Assembly (NCBI RefSeq): GCF_009914755.1
Contig: NC_060940.1
Origin: the human T2T-CHM13v2.0 reference genome, Homo sapiens
Strand: one strand, 5' to 3'
Length of the DNA stretch: 64,000 nt
How positions within the stretch are numbered: the first letter of the stretch is position 1; the number at the start of each line of letters is the position of its first letter. Shown piece by piece: positions 44,396-55,200 of the stretch. The notes below the pieces were generated by a model that was not told the origin of the DNA, searched no databases, and was given only the letters and a program-made list of their open reading frames with translations. The position numbers and the translations under genes are program-made.

Positions 44396-47300
44396 AGAGG
44401 AGGAGGAGGGGAGAGGGGAGAGAGGAGAGGGGAGTGGAGAAAAGGGGGGAGAGGAGAGGGAAGGGGAGAGAAGGGGGAGAGGAGAGGGAAGGGGGAGAGG
44501 AGAGGGAAGGGGGAGAGGAGAGGGAAGGGGGAGAGGAGAGGGAAGGGGGAGAGGAGAGGGAAGGGGGAGAGGAGAGGGAAGGGGGAGAGGAGAGGGGAGG
44601 GGAGAGAAGGGGGGAGAGGAGAGGGGAGAGGAGAGAAGGGGGAGAGAAGAGGGGAGGGGAGAGAAGGGGGAGGGGAGAGGGGAGAGGGGAGAGAAGGGGG
44701 AGGGGAGAGGGGAGGGGGAGGGGAGATAAGGGGGGAGAGGGGAGGGGAGAGAAGGGGGAGGGGAGAGGGGAGGGGAGAGAAGGGGGAGAGAAGGGGAGAG
44801 GGGAGGGGAGAGGGGAACGGAGAGAAGGGGGGAGAGAAGGGGGAGAGGGGAGGGGAGAGGGGAGGGGAGAGAAGGGGGGAGGGGAGAGAGGGGGGAGGGG
44901 AGAGAAGGGGGGAGAGGGGAAGGGAGAGAAGGCAGAGAGAAGGGGGAGAGAGAGGAGGGGAGAGAAGGGGGAGAGAGGGGAGGGGATAGAAGAGGGAGAG
45001 GGGAGGGGAGAGAAGGAGAGGGGAGGGGAGAGAAGGGGGAGAGAGGGGAGGGGGAGAAGGGGGGAGAGGGGAGGGGAGAGAAAGGGGAGAAAGGAGAGGG
45101 AAGAGGAGGGGAGGGGAAGAGGGGAAAGAGGGGAGGGATGAGGAGGGGAGGGGAAGAGGAAAGGGGAAGAGGGGAGGGAAGAGGAGGAGAGGGGAAGAGG
45201 GGAGGGAAGAGGAAGGGAGGGAAGAGGAGGGGAGGGGAAGAGGAGGGGAGGGAAGAGGAGGGGAGGGGCAGAGGAGGGGAGGGGAAGAGGAGGGGAGGGG
45301 AAGAGGAGAGGGAAGAGGAGGGGAGGAGAAGAGGAGGGGAGGGGAGGAGGGGAGGGAAAGAGTAGGGGAGGGGAGGAGGGGAGGGAAAGAGGAGGGGAGG
45401 GGAGGAGGGGAGGGAAAGAGGAGGGGAGAGGAGGAGGGGAGAGGAAGAAGGGAGGGAAGAGGTGGGGAGAGGAAGAGGAGAGGGAAGAGTTGGGGAGAGG
45501 AAGAGGGGAGGGAAGAGGTGGGGAGAGGAAGAGGGGAGGGAAGAGGTGGGGAGAGGAAGAGGGGAAGGAAGAGGAGGGGAGGGGAAGAGGAGGGGAGGGA
45601 AAGAGGAGGAGAGGGGAAGAGGGGAGGGAAGAGGAGGGGAGGGGAAGACGGGAGGGGAAGAGAAGGGGAGGGGAAGAGAAGGGGAGGAGAAGAGAAGGGG
45701 AGGGGAAGACAAGGGGAGGGGAAGACAAGGGGAGGGGAAGAGCGGAGGGGAAGAGAAGGGGAGGGGAAGGGGGGGGAAGAGGAGGGGAGGGGAAGAGAGG
45801 AGAGGAGGGGAGGGGAAGGGGAGGGAAGAGGAGGGGAGGGGAAGGGGAGTGAAGAGGAGGGGAGGGGAAGGGGAGGGAAGAGGAGGGGAGGGGAGGGGAA
45901 GGGGAGGGAAGAGGAGGAGAGGGGAAAAGGGGAGGAAAAGAGGAGGGGAGGGGAAGAGGAGGGGAGGGGAAGAGAGGAAAGAAGAGGAGAGAGGAAAAGG
46001 AAGAAGAAGGGAGAGGAAAGGAAGGGGAAAGGAAGGAGAAAGGGGAGGGGAAAGGAAGGGGAAAGTGGAGGGGAAAGGAAGAGAAAGAGAAAAGGAAGAG
46101 GGGAGGAAAGGAGGAGGGAGGAAAAGAGGGGAGAAGGGAAGGGAAGAGAACAGGGGAGAAGGGAAGGGAGGAGAACAGGGGAGAAGGGAACGGAGAAAAG
46201 AAGGCGAGAAAGGGAGGAAGGGGAGGAGGGGAGAAGGGGAGGGAGGACAGGAGGAGAGAAGGGGAGGGAGGACAGGAGGGGAAAAGGGGAGGAGAGGAAG
46301 AGAGAAGGGAAAAAGGGGAGGAGAGGACAGAAGGGGAGGAGAGGAGAAGGGGAGGAGATGAGGGGGGAGGAGATGAGGGGGGAGGAGAGGGGAGGAGGAG
46401 AGGAGAGGAGGAAGGGAGGGAGGAGGAGGGAAAAAGGGAAGGGGGTGGGGAGAGAAGGAGGAGAAGGGGAAGGGGGATGGGGAGGAGAGGAGAGGAGGGG
46501 GAAGGAGGGGGAGGGGAGGAGAGGAGGAGGGAAGGAGAGGACGAGGAGGGGAGGAGAGAGGAGGGGGATGAGGGGAGGAGAGGAGGACGATGAGGGGAGG
46601 AGAGGAGTGGGGAGGAAAGGAGGGGAGAGGAGGGGAGGGGAGAGAAGGGGAGGGGAGAGAAGGGGAGGAGAGGAAGGGGAATGGGAGGAGGGAGGAGGGG
46701 AAGAGGGGGGAGGGAAGGAGGGGAGGAGGGGGGATGGGAGGAGGGGGGATGGGAGGAGGGAGGGGGGAGGAGGGAGGGGGGAGGAGGGAGATGGGAGGGG
46801 GGAGGAGGGGAGGAGGGGGGATGGGAGGAGGGGAGGAGAGGAGGGGGTGGGAGGAGGGGAGGAGAGGAGGAGGAAGGAGGGGAGGATGGGGGAGAGGAGG
46901 GAAAAGAGGAGGGAAGGAGGGAAGAAGGGGAGAAGGGGAGGGAGGAGAGAAGGGGAGGGAGGAGAGGAGAGGAGAAGGGGAGGAGAGGAGGAGAGGAGAG
47001 CAGGGGGAGGAGGGAGAAAGGGAAGGGGAGGGGAGAGAAGGGGAACAGGGAGGAGGGATGGGAGGAGGGGAGGAGAGAGGAGGAGAGGAGGGGAGGAGAG
47101 AGGAGGAGAGGAGGGGGAGGAGAGGAGGGGGAGGAGGGGAGGAGGGGAGGAGAGGAGGGGGAGGAGGGGAGGAGGGAGGAGGGGAGGAGGGAGAGGGGAG
47201 GAGGGGGGAGGGGAGGGGGGAGCAGAGGGGAGGAAGGGGGAGGAGGGGAGGGGGAGGAAGGGGAGTGGGGAGGATGGGAGGGGGAGGAGGGGAGGAAGGG

Positions 47301-47588
47301 GAGGGGCAGGAGGGGAGGCAGGGGAGGGGGAGGAGGGGAGGAAGGAGGAGGGGAGGGGTGAGGGGATGGAGAGGCTGGGGGAGGAGTGGAGGGGCTCAGC
47401 GGGATGAGGTGAGGGGAAGGTCTAGGGGAGGGGAGGAGGGGAAGGGCTAGGGGAGGGGAGGGGCTGGGGGAGGAGGCAGGGGCTAGGGGAGGGGGGAGGG
47501 ACTAGGGGAGGGAAGGGGGAGGGGAGGGGTTAGGGGAGGGAAGGGGAGGGGAGGGGCTAGGGGAGGGAAGGGGGAGGGGAGGGGAGAG
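44396..47588. repeat. PKD1 intron-21 polypurine/polypyrimidine tract (about 3.2 kb)
   Basis: Near-pure G/A on + strand between exons 22 and 21; includes a perfect (AAGGGGGAGAGGAGAGGG)x7 at 44471-44596. Confidence 0.95.
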
Positions 47589-49214
47589 TGGAGGGCACAG
47601 AGCAGCATCTTCTTAGTCCCTCCCCACATCTGGGCCCCTCTTTACACCCTGGGTCCCCCGAGAGGCACCCTGCGTTCACACAGGACAGCAGAATGGCTGA
47701 GGCTACTGAAGCAGGTCAGAGACCGAGGAACGCCATGGCAGGAAGGAGCCCAGGCTGGAGGCTCAGCTCCTCGGCCAAGCTGCCCGTCTGCCCTGGGGGG
47801 CTGAACCCAGTACCCTGGCAGGCATGCGGGGCGGGGAGAGCATGTGGGGCCATCCTACCATGCACTGGGCCAGCGCAGCAGCGATCTGCTGGATGTCATC
47901 CACAGTGTGGACCCTCAGGGACACCAGAGTCTCCGTGATGTTCTTGCGTATCTGGGCTCGGCGCTGCCGCTCGTGCTTGGGCTCTGCCGCCACGTCCAGG
48001 GCCCGCTCGTACTGGGGCAGGCAGGGGGCACAGCAAGCTGTCAGCAGGGCAGGAGGCCGGCAGGAGGCCAGCAGATGCCCACGACTCCCGGGGTGCAGTT
48101 ACGTGCTAGATGCTGTGTGATGTGGGCACTGACCCGCAACACTGAGCTGTTTCTTCATGGGCAAAACAGGGTAAGCACATGGGCCCTCCTGGGCGGGGGC
48201 TGCATTGTGGAAAGCAGACGCCGGAGAGGGCCCGGTGGGTGTGGCTGCTGGGAGCGGAACGTCGGGGTGCTGCTTCAGGGTCACTGGGATTTATCTCTGG
48301 GGCCCGGGATGAGCCCTCCGCAAAGCTCCAGGCAGGGGAACAGGTCTTGGTCCCCAGCACGCATGCAGCAGATGTGAGGTCCCCTCCCAGGCTGCACTCA
48401 CCTCGTTCAGCACAGTGACCAGGGCCAGCGAGTACTCGATGACGTGCTGGGGATCGGCCTGCCGCAGCAGCCCCGGGAGCACACTAGCGGTGAGCCCGTG
48501 CAGCCAGACTGTGAGCCCCATTGCGCTGCCGTTGGGCTCTGGGAGGGTGATGGCCAGAGACCTACGAGCAGAGGGGGGTGGTGAGTAGGTGGCAGTCTCG
48601 GGGGCGCCCTCCCACGGCCTGGCTCACCTGTTGAGGGCGACCACAGCGGCTCCCAGCTGGTCCTGCACCACCACGGCCAGGCCCACCTCGAAGTGTGGCC
48701 TGAAACCCGGGGGCAGCACGGCTCCGTAGCCGGAGAGGCTGCCCTTGTAGACACAGAACTCCTCGCAGTGGCCCTGGCGACAGCGCTGCAGCAGCAGGGC
48801 GTACACCAGCGGGGCGCCAGCATCCTCCGCGTCATGCCAGCCTGAGGGACGGTCCCCACGGCATCACGGGAGGGCTCCGTGACCTCACAGAGTCGGGGGA
48901 TCCCGCTGCTCCCCCTACGCAGGCCTGCACTCACCCATGCATTCGAAGTGCACCTTGGTGGTGAGAGCGTGCACAGCGCCCAGTGGGAAGAGGCGGCAAG
49001 AGCCCCCCAGCGGCGGGCGGTTGGGGGACAGGGGGATGGAGGCGCAGCCCTCCTCCTTGCCAGAGCGGCCCAGCACCGTCAGCGTGAAGGTGTATCCCTC
49101 GCCGTCCCGCAGCACGCCCCGCCGCAGCACCAGTCACATGCCTGCGCTGCCCGTGGATGTGGTGGTCTCATCCAGCACCAGCGTCTTGTTGCTGAACGTA
49201 CGTGCAGCCCACCG

Positions 49215-49281
49215 CTGCAGGCAGAAGGGATGGTGAGGGGGCGCAACCCTCTGCCCTGTCAGCCCCACTTCTGCCTGCAGG
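49215..49281 (-). ncRNA. MIR6511A: MIR6511A precursor, copy B
   Basis: Identical to 2041-2107; abuts the exon-18 acceptor. Confidence 0.85.
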
Positions 49282-52200
49282 CCCCGTCCCCTCGGCCATG
49301 GGACCCATCCCCAACCCGCCCACACCCCGCTCAACACTCACCCCTCGCTTGGAGCCGCTGCTGCAATTGAGGCAGCGGCCCTCCAGGTACACGTAGGAGC
49401 TGCGGCTCACTTCGTACACGGCCTGTGCCTTGCAGGACACACACTCCAAGGACACAATGGGCACCCGGCCACTGCGGATCAGCACCTGGCGTGGGAGTGG
49501 GGTTACCTCCAACACAGGTCTATTTGGCCTGCTGGAAGGTCTGGGGGACCCGTGGAGGATGCTGCTCCCAAACTCCAGGTTTCCCAGGGGCCTGGCCACT
49601 GCCGGTGAGCTCACCCCCTCCCAGGATACTCATCCGGTTTGCCACCTTCCAACCTGGGCGGCGGAAGGGCATACACAGGGCAGAGGACACTGGGGTGTGC
49701 GTTCTGGTGTACTGGAGCCAGCTGGACCCTGGCAGGAGGCAGGCAATGCTCACTGAGGGCCCCTGGGGGGATGCGTGTGGGAACAGACGTATGTGTGGGT
49801 GTGAGGACCGCAGTTGCCACGTAGGCCTGACTCACAGACTCCTGCAGCCCTTAGCCAGGGCCTGGGTCAGGAGGCTGAGCCGGGATGGAACCTGCTCCCA
49901 CACCCTCCCCTCAGACGACCCCTCTGGGCAGACCCCCAATCAGGCCAGCTGAGGAAAGCAGGGACTGGGGAACAGACACCCACTCTGGGGTACCAGCAGG
50001 CCCCAGTCAGGGAGGCGCACACGCTCACAGAGGGCAGGGAGGCGCACACGCTCACAGGCACCTGCTGCGTCCGGTTCTCGAAGGCATTAGATGCCAGCAA
50101 GGTCAGGACGTACTCACCTGTGGGGACAGGCCCAAGTGGGGCAGCCGCGGCACCCCCACCTGCTCCCCACCCGCTCGGCAGAAGCCCCCCGCCTGAGGAG
50201 CCCGGGGTGAACGGCTGCACCTGCGGCCCAGCCTTAAGGGTCCCAGGCTCCCAAGCCACGTGCGGGACGGAGCACAGGTGCAGCAGCACTGAGGGCTGCC
50301 TGGTGAGGACGGCACCGCCTCCAAGTGCAGCTGCACTCGGGGCAGCAGAGCAGCAAGAGCCAGGCCGCGGTGGGGGGCAGTTCAGGGGGCCCAGCTTCCC
50401 TGTCCACTCCTCCCACGCCTGGCCCCTCCCTCACCCCAGTAGGGGCCTAAGCCATCAGCCCAGGTGAGGTCACAGTGAGGGCTGTTGGGGAGGAAGCGGG
50501 GCAGCTTGACTGGGGGACTGGGGGGGCCCCGTGCTCAGAGCCTGAAAGGCAGTGGCCCCCTCACCCCCTCATCCCTCACCTGGGGCAGCGTAGGTGTGGG
50601 TGACATTGTGCTCCACCAGCACCTGGGCCACCGAGGGGTCTGGAACCGGGAAGGACTCGTTGTACGGAGGCTGGAACTGGTGGAGGGCCTGCTCCCCATC
50701 CCCAAAGGTCCACCTGCCGGGGCGGTGGGAGGCAGTGAGTGAACCGGGACAGGGGTGCGCAGTGGCGGGGCACAGGTGCGCGGTGGCGGGGCAGGGGGTG
50801 CTTGGGACCCAGCCGAGGCTCCACTCTGCAGTCACGCCCCGGGCCTCCATTCAGGGCCCACCCGGCTGTGCTGAGGCCTCTCCCGGCTCCCGTGCAGCCT
50901 CAGGGCTCCTGTGCACCCAGTACCTCCCAACAGACAGGGAAACCGAGGCTCAGAAAAGCAACCCCCTGATGTGGGGTCCCTCGGCTGAGGCTGGAGCCGG
51001 GACAAGAGCCTGGTGCCCGGACAAGAGCCTGGTGCCCACCCCAAACCGGCCCCTGAGTCACTCACAGGAAGGCCACCTCCACGGCCGAGTCCACCAGCAC
51101 GCCCGCCGTCAGTGCCAGCGTGGCATTGGGGGACAGCACGGCTGGCACTGTAGAGACCCGCAGGCCCTGCATCCTGTTCATCCGCTCCACGGTGATGTTG
51201 TAGTTCACGGTGACGTTGCTCACGTGGTTGGAGGCCGTCAGCTGCAGGGACAGGCATCAGTGGGCCCAGGTGGCAGGTGAGAGGCCTGCCCTGCTTGGCG
51301 TCCCTCCCTCCACTCACCACAGCCATGGCAGCGTCCTCGGGCAGCATGAAGCAGAGCAGAAGGCAGAGGTGAAGGTGGAGCCCGCCCCCGCCCCGCCCCA
51401 TCCCCTCCCCTCCCCACTCCCGCCCACCTACTGAGAGCTTGAAGACCGCCGCGCTCTGATAAATGACATTGAAGACCACGTTCTGGAAGGTCAGGGACTG
51501 CTTGTCGTTGATGGTCCACCGGAAGACCATGTCCGAGCCGGCCTCCACCACGGGGCTGTACCTCTGCGGGGGGACTGGTGTCAGCCTGGGCTCTGTGGAG
51601 GACTCTGCCCTTAGCCTGTCGCCTCCTGGACACACCTCCCGTCGGGCTGGAGAGTCCCACGCGGGGCACAGAGGAGAGGAGGTGCCCGGGGCTCTGCATG
51701 CCATGAGAGCCAAGCCCGGGCTGGGACACTGACTGTCCGGCTCTCCAGCCAGCCATGTAGTACTACTAATGCCTCAACCTCTCTGTGCCTCAGTTTCCCC
51801 ATCTGTAAAGCAAACCTAGTACCAGCTACAAAGAGTCCACCTCTCTCTGAGTCTTCTCAGACCCTCCCGGGGCTCCTGCCCCAGCTCCTCAGCCAGAGAG
51901 CTCGGAGCAGTGAGGGGAGGCACACGGGCCTCACAGGGACAGCACCTACACTGGCTTACAGAACCCAGGACAGGCTGCACAGGTCACGCCATTTCTGATG
52001 GCCCCTCCCAAGGCCCCTGGTGAAGGGGCAGGTACCCGCAAGATGGAACAGCCCTGTCCCCCATGTACCCAGCATGGTGGCACTGCGGGCAGCCCGCAGT
52101 TTCCCATCAGGGGTTCGGACTCCACCTCAAAAGCCACTTGCTTTAGCCAGGCGAGAACACAGCAGAGGGCGTGAGAGACTCACGGGGACTCGTGTGAGGT

Positions 52201-55200
52201 CAGGGAGCGGAGTTTTAAATTCATTTCGTGAAATGAGACGGTGGAATGAGTTAGCGGAGCCGCTGTCAGAGCCGTGACTTTCCAGGAATTTAAAGCCCAC
52301 CAGGTAGCCTGAGGAGCCAGCCAGCAGGACCTGCCCGGGGCCGACGTCCCCAGTAACTGGGCTGCTGCCCTCACTGGGAAGCCAGGCCTCAAGCCCTGTG
52401 TGAGCACCCTGTCTGCAGGCACCTGCCTGGGGGCTGGTGGTGGAGCCTCGGCCATACTCACCACTGGGACTCCCTGCAGTACACGGGCCTCGGGGCTGGG
52501 CGTGGCGCGGAGGCCACAGATGGGCTCCTCCGCCGTCACCCGCAGGCTGAGGTTGGCCCGGCTGGCGCTGTTTTCCACCACAACGTCCATCACGTGCTCC
52601 CCCTCACCGAGCCACGGCAGTGCTACCACTGAGAACAGGGTATCATTGGTCTCCCAGGGGCAGCTGGGCACGAAGGTGGCCACCAGGGCAGGGCAGGCAT
52701 TCTCAAAGCGGGCGCTGACACTGCCCCCAGGCCAGCGAGCCGTGGCCGTGGCGCTGGCACCAGAGTCCACCTGGAGCACCGAGGCTGAGCCGTTGGTGGG
52801 CACGTAGAGGCGGCCGTCGCGGGGGGCAGGGTAGATGACCCGCAGCCCAGCCACTGGGGAGACCACGTCAAAGCTGCAGGACAGGTTGTGCCTGGACACG
52901 CCATTGCCCACCTCTGCCCGGACCTCATAGCGCCCAGGCAGCCGCAGCCCAGGGTTGGGCCTCAGGCCCAGCAGCACGGTGAGCTGTTCCGTGGCTGCAA
53001 GCAGCCGCAGGGCACAGGCAGGGCAGGCCCAAGTGCCCTCCAGCTGGGCTGGCAAGTGGGGCAGCCATGACGAGGCGTTGGCGGAGAGGTACGGGGCCTG
53101 GGGACCAGGGTGGCCGGGAGCCGGCGAGCAGTGCAGGAGGGCGCCAGGGCCAGCGTCGTGCTGCAAGCCAACGAGGTCACCAGGGAGCATGAGGACATCC
53201 TGGCTGTGGAGGGTGACCTGTGGAGAGGGAGGCAGGGCTGCATCACGTCCTCACGGTCATGGCCCGTGGACCCCTGCACGACGGATGAGGGTGGACACGC
53301 AGGGCTCCCCGCTTCGTCAGCCACACCTCAGGGAGCCTCCCCACAGTGCTCGTGACAAGGACAGGCAGGACAGTTGCAGACAGGGGGACACACGGGGAGA
53401 GGACACAGGCCAAGACCTGGCAGACAGGAAGGAGCGGCTGTGCTGGGAGAGAGGAAGAGGAGGCACAGCTCGTGCCAAGGGCCCAGGCGAGAGCTTCTCC
53501 CACTGGGAGAGGGGCAAGGGCACTGCAGAGGTCGGAGGTTGGAGGTCGGAGGTCGGAGGTCAGAGGTGGCAAGGACGTGGGAGGGGCCTGCAGGCTGGGT
53601 GTGTCTGCTGCGCAGACCCAGACCCTGGGCAGCAGACAGGAAGGTGGCCTGAGGAGATGCAGGGAACAGACCCAGGTCAGGGCCACACACCGAGTACTGC
53701 GCGGGGGGCCCCGCGGGAACGGAGAAGAGGAACTCTCTCCATAGCGCATAGGGGGCCCCGAGTAGCCCTGGCCCTGACGTGCAGCCATTGGCGCAGGCCT
53801 GGGGGTGGCAGGAGGCGTCCAGCGGCAAGCAGATGTTGGCTCCAGGGCACCAGCGTCCCCCTGGCATGCACGCGGGGACCAGCTGGGTCCTGTTGTCCGG
53901 GGACCTGCTCTCAGGCTCGCTGCCGTTCTCCGGGGTCCCTGCGAGGAGGGGAGGGTGTTGGGGCCCTGATTCGCCCATGGGCCACCGTCAGAGATGCCCA
54001 ACTGCCTGCACCAGCGAGCCTGGCCTTGCTGTGAGGACAGGTCTCCCCGCCCGGGCAGCACTCCCAGCCCAGTGCTGCGTCCCTGTCTCCGGCCAGCTGA
54101 CTGACCCAGGCCGGTCCCCAGGCAGGCCCCACCCGATCCACCCCCAGGACACCTGGAATGAGCTGGTGTCTCTGGAACCCCTGCTCTGTCCACCTAAGAC
54201 TGGGAACCACTCTGATGGCCACAGGACCAGCAGACGTGAGAGCTCAGAGAGGCCACCCCGAGTCCTGCGGCGCCCACCACCCCAGAGTCCCACCTGCTGT
54301 GCTGAGGAGCCGGTACACCTGCAGCCGCAGCTGGGCGGGCCGCCGGAGCTCCTGGGTCCCAAATTCGGCCGTGGTGAGGAAGGCTTCACGGCTCAGACCC
54401 AGGCCCGGGAATACCATGACCTGGTGGGCAGGGGGCCGCCTCAGCTCCACAGACCCCATCCCAGCCTGAAGCCCAGACTCCCCCCACCCGAACTTCGCAG
54501 GAAGAGGGGAGGGAAGGAGAGCGAGCCATCGGACCCCCACAGGCCTGGCTCCTGTCGCTCGAGAGGAAGACTCCGATGGAAACTGTCCATGGGGGGCAGG
54601 ACCCCTGACCTGCCTTTCAGGAATAACTCACCCACACTCAGAGAAAAGGCCTGGGGGTAATGTGAGTAAACGCTTTCCTCTCTGCACTCTGGATTTTCCC
54701 AACCATCTTCACTGGGCACAAGCAACATTAAGGCCCCCAAGTTTTTTGGCGAGACCCACAGTGGGCAGGGCAGGCGAGGCCTCCAGGGGCAGGCAGGAGG
54801 GCAGGTTATAGAACGTGGGGGGCCGACTACCTCCACGGGCTCGTGCGGGGCTGAGAGGCCGTCCTGCCGTGCCAGAGGCATCAGGGGTCCCTACAGGTCC
54901 CCACTGGGCGCTCCCACGAGGAGGTTCTCGGCATCCTGCACTGGGCCTGGGGTGGCAAGTGCACAGTGAGGCGCCGGGCCAGGGCCCAGGACACCAGGAC
55001 GAACAGACTGGGGACCGAGCCGCCCGAGAACCCCCCCACCAGCCCCTCCTCCTCAGCCCAGGCTCCACCGCGGGCGCTCGGCAGGCCCCTAACCACAGCC
55101 AGCGTCTCAGGCCCCTGCCTGGCCCCTCGCACACCTCCAGGCCGCAGCTCGCAGACGTAGCTGTGCGGCGCTGAGCACAGGTCGGTGTTACACCACCCGG

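Noticed and set aside
43082-47450. Long G/R/E-rich and P/S/L-rich ORFs (up to 629 aa), also 9-275
   Set aside because: Polypurine DNA lacks stop codons; these are intronic low-complexity artefacts.
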